A stretch of 34,357 bases of DNA from Bacteroidota bacterium (GTDB lineage Bacteria > Bacteroidota > Bacteroidia > Cytophagales > Amoebophilaceae): NCBI GenBank assembly GCA_039819605.1, contig JBCBRR010000001.1, positions 1 to 34,357 of the forward strand. Direction: 5' to 3'. The position numbers and the translations under genes are program-made. The notes beneath the pieces are model-generated. The model was not told the origin of the DNA. It saw only the letters and a program-made list of their open reading frames with translations, and ran no database searches. Below, piece by piece: positions 1-7,130 of this stretch (positions are counted from its first letter, which is position 1; every line of letters starts with the position of its first letter).

Positions 1-7
1 ATACTAA

Positions 8-292
8 AGTGTTCGCCTGAAGGCGAGGGTGTTATTCCCAATCCCACCTAACTACATAAACTCTACTAGCTTTTCAGTATCAAAGGTTGTGCAGTATATT
101 AAAGGTAAAAGTAGCAGGAAACTCCTTCAAGAGTTTTCCCAACTTCGTAAACGGTATTGGGGCCAGCATATGTGGTCTCGTGGTTACTTTGCAGTTACAG
201 TGGGCAATGTAAATAGCGATTCTATACAGAAGTATTTGGAGGATCAAGAGCTACATCATAAGCAAGCAGACTTTCGTATTTCAGAATTTTAA
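8..292 (+). pseudogene. IS200/IS605-family Y1 transposase (TnpA) remnant, C-terminal half only
   Basis: The frame is open only from nt 8 (TAA at 5-7). The translation ..IPPNY..SVSKVVQYIKGKSSRKLLQEFSQLRKRYWGQHMWSRGYFAVTVGNVNSDSIQKYLEDQE follows the C-terminal IS200 TnpA pattern (IPP..S.S..V.YLKGKSS....F..L.....W....WS.GYF..TVG.....I..YI..Q), including the catalytic-Tyr segment. The N-terminal HUH half is missing and the residues before IPP do not match. The only start is GTG at 29. Confidence 0.75.
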
Positions 293-315
293 TCTTTGAT
301 CTGCTTTCCAAGCGT

Positions 316-340
316 CTGGCAAACTGCCAGCTTGAGCTGG
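316..340. other. Two overlapping short hairpins between the TnpA remnant and the 3' end of the NACHT gene (possible IS200/IS605 subterminal hairpin or bidirectional terminator)
   Basis: ctggca(316-321)-aac-tgccag(325-330) gives a 6-bp stem. ccagc(327-331)-ttga-gctgg(336-340) gives a 5-bp stem. Both are read directly from the sequence and lie between convergent ORF ends (292 and 355). No T-run follows. Confidence 0.3.
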
Positions 341-354
341 TAGTCACTTGATAG

Positions 355-3300
355 CTATTGAGTGTACCCTGACCGGATCTTATTCATACACTTCATAAAA
401 CGATTGATCTCTGATTTTGGTCTCCTCCACTTTACAGGCTCACTAGCACTGGTATATAGCACTAGTTGATGCTGATCTTCAGTCTCAGCATCTTCCACGT
501 TCTCCAAGATAAGAGCTGTATCGTAGAGCCTATGCGCTATGAAAGGAATCACGTCTTTATCTTGCACTTCCCAGTAGGTATCGATTAAAGAACAAGTCGG
601 ATATTTTTCAAGGGCCTTGTAAGCAGCCTCGCATACACTCGCTGTATTATGCTGCATGCCCTGACGTAGGCTGGGCCAGACTATCTCGAAAGAACCCTGC
701 TTGTCTAATATGTGTAATGCCAAATAGGCATCCTCACGCACATCACACATCGTATGCTGCATACACCGCTGTAATGCAGGCCATATCCGTATAAAAGGCA
801 CCTTTTCATTCAGAGCCACTAGGGCCTCGTACGCAGTATGACGCACGCTAAATTGATCATCCGCCATACCCTTCTGTAAGATGGGCCAGACTACCTCAAA
901 CGGTGCGTCCTTACCCAATACCTTGAAGCACTGGTAAGCAGCCTTGCGAATCATCCAATCCGCATGCTGCATACCTTTCTGGAGCGCAGGCCAGATCAGC
1001 TCAAACACCAGGTCCTTGCCAGCACTATCCAAGTTGGCTAACCCCTCATAGACAGCATAGCGTACGGCCCAGCTACTGTCCTCAATAGCCTGACGTAATA
1101 AGTTATCCCAGACCCAATGAAACGGTGCTCCCCGGCTGAGCGTACTTAGCGATTTGCAGGCGGCTACACGTACCTGACAGTTCTGATCCTGCATGCATGC
1201 ACGCATAAAATCTGTTAGATATTGCGTGCGTGTATCTTCACTTTCTACCTCGTCAGGTGCCCCATATAAACGTAAGGACCCCAAGACTTCGTAAGCCACT
1301 TTACGTACATGCCAGTTGCTATCTTGTATCCCCATTTGTAAGAAGAATATAGCTGTCTTGTCGGATATGTGACTGGCTAGCTTTTCTAAGGCCTGGCAGG
1401 TAACCTGGCGGACACGCCAACTATGATCCCCTAATCCCATTCGTAAGAAAGATATTACTTCTGCTACAGGTTTACTCTGACCCACAGCTCCCAAAACCTT
1501 GTAAGTAGCTGCGCGTACATACTCATTTTTGTCTTGCTTGCCCTGTGCTAAAACGAGATTGACCCCGCGATATGGTAGCGACCGTCCTATCTTGACTAAT
1601 ACATCGTAGACACACTCCTGTACATACCTATCTTCATTTTGTATCGCCAGTTGTATGAGAAGCTCGATGGCAACAGAGGGTATACGTAGACCTATGGTTT
1701 CTAAAGACAAGCAGGTAGCCTGGCGGACATACTCATTATGATCTTGTAACCCTGCTTGTAAGAGGAATGCTACGTTGTGTGTAGGTGCATCCTGACCCAC
1801 GCTTCCTAAAGCCGTATATGTGGCTACGCGCATGCGCCAGTCTGAACTTTTCCATTCCGCCGACAAAAATGAATTAAGATCCCGAAAGGATATGTGCTGC
1901 CCCAGTGTTTTTAGGGCGTTGCAAGCAGCCTGGTGTATGTTTTCGTCCACATTCTGGATTCCCTGATCCAAGAGATGCTTGGCCTGCCGAAAAGGGATAT
2001 ACCTGCCTAAGACACCTAAAGCTTTGTAGACAGCGCAGTGTATATGTGTGTTCAGTATCTCCACCTGTATGAGATCTTGTAAGAGCTGTATGAGTTGCCC
2101 GCTATAATACTTGCCTACGCCGTTGGCCTCTGAAAACAACTTGAGGAGGTAGTTCAGCAACTGGGTCTTGGATACTTCATAAATATCGTACTGCCGCAAT
2201 CCTGCCTCAAACCATACAGTAAGCCACTTGCCCAAGGCAAAGCAGGACTCTAAAGAGGTTAAAGCCTGGGCCCCTAACCCATCTTTCTCGCTACCACTAC
2301 CTTGTATGAGTACCAACCACTCATTGGATAGCTGCAACTGTAAGACAAGGTGCTGCGTGTATAATACTTCCCAGGGCGCTGCGCTCATCAGTTGTTCTAA
2401 TATTCGCACAGCTCCTCTACTGCTTGCAGGTGCCCTGTGGTCATCTGTTTTGAACGTTTTCTGCATGATCTCCCCTGCCATAAATGTGAACATTCGTCTA
2501 TAACGCGGCGCATATATGTGGGGCTTCAGAAACGCAAACAATGCCTCTATTTTCCCGGATAGAAAAAACCGGGCTAGTCGCTTACCTGCTAGGTATTCCT
2601 GGAAGATCAGGTCCGAGAACATATAGGCTCCACCGGGTTGTTCTGTAAGCAACGGGTTACTATCCTGTAAAATCCAACCCTGGTTGCTACCTAATAGGTC
2701 CCTCATCTGTGCATGCCCTATACCCAGCCTACCCTCACATAAGCTGTGCAAGGCTATCCGCTCTAGTTCTTTCAATCCGGCATCTTGGGCAACGGCTGCC
2801 GCACGAGCATCTACGGTGGTCCCATAGATAGCGATGACCTGCTCTATCTGGCACATGATAAAATCGTCCCAAACATCCTGCAAAAAACTGCGACACAACC
2901 AAGAAAGTCCTACAGATGCATGAGGCTGGGTTAACTTGGCTTTTCGCGTTGCCCACAGCCTGCAGAGCATCTGCAGGTGTACAGGTACCCTGACTATGTC
3001 CTGTAGGTGATGAGCTGTAATGAAACGGATGATTTCTGCTGTCGTATCAGCTGTGAGGCCTCCTAAGGTCCTGCTGATGAATAAGTCTCTATTTCGTTGA
3101 TCAAGCCCTCTATTTTCCACCACTCTGTCGACAAGTCTGCACTCTTTTTCCATATATATGCCATAGGGCCGTGTGACGAGAAGTAGCTTATGCCTACCCT
3201 CCTTGGCTTCTTGCAGTATGGCCTGGCTAATGCCCCACTGCTCTTCTAATCCATCCAATATGACAAGCGTAGTCGGCTGATCTAGCTGGCGCTTGACCCC

Positions 3301-4179
3301 ACTTGTCCAGTATATGTAGTTTCTTGGGTCTATTGTCTGTGGTAGATATTCGCTGATAATGACGTGGCTCAAATGCCTGGCAGGTACATAATAACCATGT
3401 TTGTTGCATTTGCCTGTTCTCAGTGCACTAGCAGTCAGCACGTACACAGCATCAAAATTGTTGCCCCATATGCCCTTGGCCCAGGCGTGCGCTAGCTTCT
3501 TGGTAAGTGCAGTTTTACCTGTCCCAGCTTCTCCGACTACCAGCACCCTGTGGATATCTATGACAGGCTCGTTGGGGCCTAGGCTCCTGGGGCAGAATAA
3601 TTCTTCCCAACTCAGGATGCGACTGGACCATTGAATGGGCTCCTGGCTGGTAGCAGTAGACCTTGTATCTGCATCTAAGGCATGTAGGTCTCTGACTACT
3701 TGCTCCTGTTCTTGCAACTGGAGCTGCCATTCCATGCTCTCTACAGATCGGGATTGACCCCCTAACAAAGTGGGCACCTGACTAAAGTCTTCGCGCAGAT
3801 AATGGGCTCTCAGCTCTGCTTTTATCCTCGCTTGTGTTTCAAGCTGCGTGGATAGTGATCTCAAGGTAGTATTGTTTGCATAGGCCTCATCCGCGTACCG
3901 CAACGCAGGCCCCCTGGGTACGACAGAGGCGCCAGATATAGAACATGCCCTGGATGGCCCCGAAGATGTGGAGGTATATACGGCAGAGCTAGCACCTGAT
4001 GGAGCTAGCATGTTATTGGCCCACTCTCCTTCATTTGAGGATAGCCTGGACGCTCGCCCTAAAGAGCTATCCTGTCTATCGTCATAGTAATATGGACCGG
4101 AAGCGCTCACCCCACAATTCTGTAAAGAGAGTAAGCCCAGGAGCATAAAAGCTACCTTTTTTTGCTGGTTGGGTTGCAT
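355..4179 (-). CDS. NACHT-type STAND NTPase with an N-terminal lipoprotein-type signal peptide and C-terminal HEAT-like repeats (NLR-like)
   Basis: 1274-aa ORF. The N-terminus MQPNQQKKVAFMLLGLLSLQNC-G has a charged n-region, a hydrophobic core and a lipobox-like LQNC (Cys22, nt 4114-4116). A Ser/Thr-rich linker and a Q/E-rich stretch (EWQLQLQEQEQ) follow. NACHT motifs then appear in canonical order: P-loop VLVVGEAGTGKT (nt 3511-3546), Walker B TLVILDGLEE (nt 3241-3270), LLLVTRP, VPVHLQMLCRLW, FQEYLAG. The C-terminal ~500 aa consist of ~36-40-aa HEAT-like units (..P.L..G.QD....VR..AY.AL..L..). Confidence 0.85.
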   Translation of the reverse strand: MQPNQQKKVAFMLLGLLSLQNCGVSASGPYYYDDRQDSSLGRASRLSSNEGEWANNMLAPSGASSAVYTSTSSGPSRACSISGASVVPRGPALRYADEAYANNTTLRSLSTQLETQARIKAELRAHYLREDFSQVPTLLGGQSRSVESMEWQLQLQEQEQVVRDLHALDADTRSTATSQEPIQWSSRILSWEELFCPRSLGPNEPVIDIHRVLVVGEAGTGKTALTKKLAHAWAKGIWGNNFDAVYVLTASALRTGKCNKHGYYVPARHLSHVIISEYLPQTIDPRNYIYWTSGVKRQLDQPTTLVILDGLEEQWGISQAILQEAKEGRHKLLLVTRPYGIYMEKECRLVDRVVENRGLDQRNRDLFISRTLGGLTADTTAEIIRFITAHHLQDIVRVPVHLQMLCRLWATRKAKLTQPHASVGLSWLCRSFLQDVWDDFIMCQIEQVIAIYGTTVDARAAAVAQDAGLKELERIALHSLCEGRLGIGHAQMRDLLGSNQGWILQDSNPLLTEQPGGAYMFSDLIFQEYLAGKRLARFFLSGKIEALFAFLKPHIYAPRYRRMFTFMAGEIMQKTFKTDDHRAPASSRGAVRILEQLMSAAPWEVLYTQHLVLQLQLSNEWLVLIQGSGSEKDGLGAQALTSLESCFALGKWLTVWFEAGLRQYDIYEVSKTQLLNYLLKLFSEANGVGKYYSGQLIQLLQDLIQVEILNTHIHCAVYKALGVLGRYIPFRQAKHLLDQGIQNVDENIHQAACNALKTLGQHISFRDLNSFLSAEWKSSDWRMRVATYTALGSVGQDAPTHNVAFLLQAGLQDHNEYVRQATCLSLETIGLRIPSVAIELLIQLAIQNEDRYVQECVYDVLVKIGRSLPYRGVNLVLAQGKQDKNEYVRAATYKVLGAVGQSKPVAEVISFLRMGLGDHSWRVRQVTCQALEKLASHISDKTAIFFLQMGIQDSNWHVRKVAYEVLGSLRLYGAPDEVESEDTRTQYLTDFMRACMQDQNCQVRVAACKSLSTLSRGAPFHWVWDNLLRQAIEDSSWAVRYAVYEGLANLDSAGKDLVFELIWPALQKGMQHADWMIRKAAYQCFKVLGKDAPFEVVWPILQKGMADDQFSVRHTAYEALVALNEKVPFIRIWPALQRCMQHTMCDVREDAYLALHILDKQGSFEIVWPSLRQGMQHNTASVCEAAYKALEKYPTCSLIDTYWEVQDKDVIPFIAHRLYDTALILENVEDAETEDQHQLVLYTSASEPVKWRRPKSEINRFMKCMNKIRSGYTQ

Positions 4180-4202
4180 AATAATAATAGTTTGGAGTTG
4201 GG

Positions 4203-4230
4203 TCTTGAGACTCCTATTGGCATCTCAAGA
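4203..4230 (-). terminator. Candidate stem-loop downstream of the ddl-like gene and upstream of the NACHT gene
   Basis: tcttgaga(4203-4210) and tctcaaga(4223-4230) form a perfect 8-bp inverted repeat with a 12-nt loop. No U-run follows on the minus strand, so its function (terminator versus operator) is unresolved. Confidence 0.25.
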
Positions 4231-4325
4231 TCAATATCCTTGACTTGGGTCTACTGACTGCTTGGTTAGGCGGCCAAATTTGGCAAACAATTTTCAAAAA
4301 ACCATACTGCCTTACCTGGTAGCAT

Positions 4326-5765
4326 CTAGATGTGCCTAGGATGGTTCTTAGCTACTTTTGCAGCGATGGCTTCGTCTAGCTTCATCAGCATGTGTGTGGT
4401 GTCTGGCTTCACCTTATGACTGCGAATACGCTCCGCTAGCGAATTGCGCAGTATAAAAGTTAGCAGCTGGCTAGCATTGAGGCCTATCTCAGCAGCTTGG
4501 TGAAACAAGAAAGAAGAAGGGTTCATACCGGCTGTTGTATTGGGGTCGTTGAGATAAATCTCATCATTAGCCGTTATGAGGCCGTCTATGCGTGCGTATA
4601 CGCGGCAGTTTAAACTCTCAAAGAGTGTCACACACGCCCTCCTAAGCTTGTGGAGCTGCTCCTCAGAGAGCTTCATGGGCGTCTCCTTACGTACAATGCC
4701 GGGTAAGTACTTGGCCCTATAGTCAAAATAATTAATGTCCTGTTTGTGTATCTCTGTAGGAGGTAGCGCTACAGGAAGCTCGCCTGTCTCTTGCAGTACA
4801 ATGCAGGAAAATTCTCTACCAGGCACAAAAGCTTCCAGCAGTACTGCTTCTTCTCCCGAAGGGCTGATCAGCTGCAAGCTTGTATCCTGCGCCTGGAAAT
4901 AATGATCTATCTGCTTGAGCAATGTGTCAGGATGGTGTATGAGGGCACCATGTACCCAGAGAGGTAGGCCGATACCCGTTTTTAAATCGATAAGCTGCTC
5001 AATCCACTGCTGCTTATCGATAGCGCTGAGCTGCGTCCACTGTTTGTGTTGTATCTCACGTATAAAGAAACTGTGATGTACAGCTGACGCAAACAACGCT
5101 GTATCTTTTCTGTTTACTATGGTTACCCCAATCGAAGAGCCCTGGCAAGGATTCTTCACCACCAAAGGGAATCCCGTTTTTTCGATAATCTCTCGGAACA
5201 ATGCTGCTTTGTCCGTAGTGCACTGCCAGCGTGACTTATCTAGCACTGCATAAGGCGGCACCAATAACCCAGCCTGTAACATCATCTTTTTTTGAGCTAT
5301 TTTGTTCATGCCCAAGGCAGCCCCCAAAATCCCCGTACCTGTGTACGGGATTTGATACCAGGTAAGTAGCCCTTGTATACTGCCATCTTCACCATAGGGC
5401 CCGTGTAGTGCCAGAAAGGCTATGTCAAATACGTTGCTAAATTGTTCAGGGCGTATCGGCTTACCGATGCGGCTGACTAAACCTTTCAATTGGCGTTGAC
5501 TGAGCTCCCCGAGTGACTCTATGTATATCTGAAAATGGCTTTGGGGTATCAGATCGCTGGGTGGGTAGAAATCCCGAATGGTGCCTTGGTACAGATAGCG
5601 CCATTCCAAAAGGATAAAATGGCCCAGGCTATCCACAAAAATAGGAACGGGCTCAAAGAGCGATTTATCTAGGTTATCGTATACTGTGCGCCCCCCTACC
5701 AATGAGATTTCACGTTCCCTGGCCCGGCCTCCAAAAAAAATACCAACACGAATAGGCTGATGCAT
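4326..5765 (-). CDS. D-alanine--D-alanine ligase family ATP-grasp protein, long divergent paralogue
   Basis: 479 aa. N-domain IRVGIFFGGRAREREISLVGGRTV and FLALHGPYGEDGSIQGLL.....PYTG; central ATP-grasp FPLVVKNPCQGSSIGV; C-terminal FDYRAKYLPG and YARIDG....IYLNDPNTTAGMNP. It is about 110-170 aa longer than classical Ddl, with an extra ~60 aa inside the N-domain. Confidence 0.75.
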   Translation of the reverse strand: MHQPIRVGIFFGGRAREREISLVGGRTVYDNLDKSLFEPVPIFVDSLGHFILLEWRYLYQGTIRDFYPPSDLIPQSHFQIYIESLGELSQRQLKGLVSRIGKPIRPEQFSNVFDIAFLALHGPYGEDGSIQGLLTWYQIPYTGTGILGAALGMNKIAQKKMMLQAGLLVPPYAVLDKSRWQCTTDKAALFREIIEKTGFPLVVKNPCQGSSIGVTIVNRKDTALFASAVHHSFFIREIQHKQWTQLSAIDKQQWIEQLIDLKTGIGLPLWVHGALIHHPDTLLKQIDHYFQAQDTSLQLISPSGEEAVLLEAFVPGREFSCIVLQETGELPVALPPTEIHKQDINYFDYRAKYLPGIVRKETPMKLSEEQLHKLRRACVTLFESLNCRVYARIDGLITANDEIYLNDPNTTAGMNPSSFLFHQAAEIGLNASQLLTFILRNSLAERIRSHKVKPDTTHMLMKLDEAIAAKVAKNHPRHI

Positions 5766-5850
5766 AAACTTTGTATATGACGTACGTTAGGCTAGTACAG
5801 CATGTGCCAAGTGGATACCCCTGCCACTGCATAGCACGCGGAGTACCAAT

Positions 5851-6918
5851 TCACCTCAGCGCATTCCGGATAGCTACCTGCTGCGCTACTGACATGACTA
5901 TGGGGTTAAATATCGCGCTAGCTGCCCCACTGGCTAGCACGGCAGGCGTTCCCGCATCTCCGCCCGATCGAATGTCTTCTAGCAGCGGTATCTGGCCCAG
6001 CAAGGGCAGTTGATAGTGCTTGGCTAGCCAGGCTCCCCCTCCCTGGCCGAAAAGATAGTACCTTTCTTGAGATCCGCCGGGCAGGGCAAAGTAAGCCATA
6101 TTTTCTACTACCCCCAGCACCGGGACCTGTATGGTGGGTTTTTGCAGCATAGCTATGCTCTTACGGGCATCAGCCAATGCTACCTGTTGGGGCGTCGTCA
6201 CGATAACGGCGCCGGTCAGGGGAATGGCCTGTACGAGCGTCAGATGTATATCGCCAGTCCCAGGGGGTAAGTCAATGAGCAGATAATCGAGCGCATACCA
6301 GGCTGTATCGCGTAAGAATTGTCGCAAAGCTGTGCTGGCCATAGGCCCCCGCCAAACCACAGCATCCTCTGCCGGCATCAGCAATCCCATAGAAAGCATC
6401 TTGATCCCATACTTTTCCAGCGGTATCAAATACTTCTTGTCGCCTTCTTGCATGACGTGCGGCTTTTCTGTACACCCCAACATGGTGGGGATAGACGGGC
6501 CATAGATATCGGCATCCAATAAGCCTACACGCGCGCCGTGCTGGGCCAGCACAAGTGCCATATTGACAGCGACGGTAGATTTGCCTACACCGCCCTTGCC
6601 AGAAGCGATGGCGATCACATTTTTCACCTCGGGCAATAGGGGCTCATTTTGCCTCTGTGTCGTGACCTGGGCTGTGGTCTGAATATCGACAGCACAACCT
6701 GGGTCGATGTGCTTTTGAATGGCAGTGATACAAGCTGCTTTCAATACTTCCTGCAGTGGGCAGGCTGGTGTGGTCAGTACCAGCGTAAAGCGTACATTGC
6801 CTGGAGCGAGCCCTACGGATTGCACCATACCCAGCGTTACAATATCTTGCCCTAAGTCTGGATCTATCACGCTGCTGAGGGCTTGCAAAACCGCTGCTCG
6901 TTCTGGGATGTGCCTCAT
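5851..6918 (-). CDS. apbC: Mrp/NBP35-family iron-sulfur cluster carrier ATPase (ApbC/Mrp) with an N-terminal DUF59-like domain
   Basis: 355 aa. N-terminal VLQALSSVIDPDLGQDIVTLGMV (MIP18/DUF59-like). Deviant Walker A IAIASGKGGVGKSTVAVN. LLIDLPPGTGD, and ENM...... in the C-terminal region. Confidence 0.9.
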   Translation of the reverse strand: MRHIPERAAVLQALSSVIDPDLGQDIVTLGMVQSVGLAPGNVRFTLVLTTPACPLQEVLKAACITAIQKHIDPGCAVDIQTTAQVTTQRQNEPLLPEVKNVIAIASGKGGVGKSTVAVNMALVLAQHGARVGLLDADIYGPSIPTMLGCTEKPHVMQEGDKKYLIPLEKYGIKMLSMGLLMPAEDAVVWRGPMASTALRQFLRDTAWYALDYLLIDLPPGTGDIHLTLVQAIPLTGAVIVTTPQQVALADARKSIAMLQKPTIQVPVLGVVENMAYFALPGGSQERYYLFGQGGGAWLAKHYQLPLLGQIPLLEDIRSGGDAGTPAVLASGAASAIFNPIVMSVAQQVAIRNALR

Positions 6919-6989
6919 ATTTTATACTCGATGATCGTCTGATAAATCTTAAAATTACAGGATAGGGCTTATTTTTCTGTGCTGTCTGG

Positions 6990-6997
6990 TATATTTG
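6990..6997 (+). promoter_or_regulatory. Candidate Bacteroidota -7 promoter box (TAnnTTTG) upstream of uvrA
   Basis: Exact TATATTTG lies in the divergent apbC/uvrA intergenic region, ~134 nt upstream of the first possible uvrA start. This is a motif match only. Confidence 0.3.
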
Positions 6998-7130
6998 AAT
7001 GCAAACGGCTTGTATACCCCGTTAGCGCATGGCCTACAAGGGCATGTAGCCTGGGCCGGATGGCCGCTATGTGAGTCCATCGGCAGATAACTGATATGCC
7101 GTGTATAACATGCAACCGATCCTCTAAATA

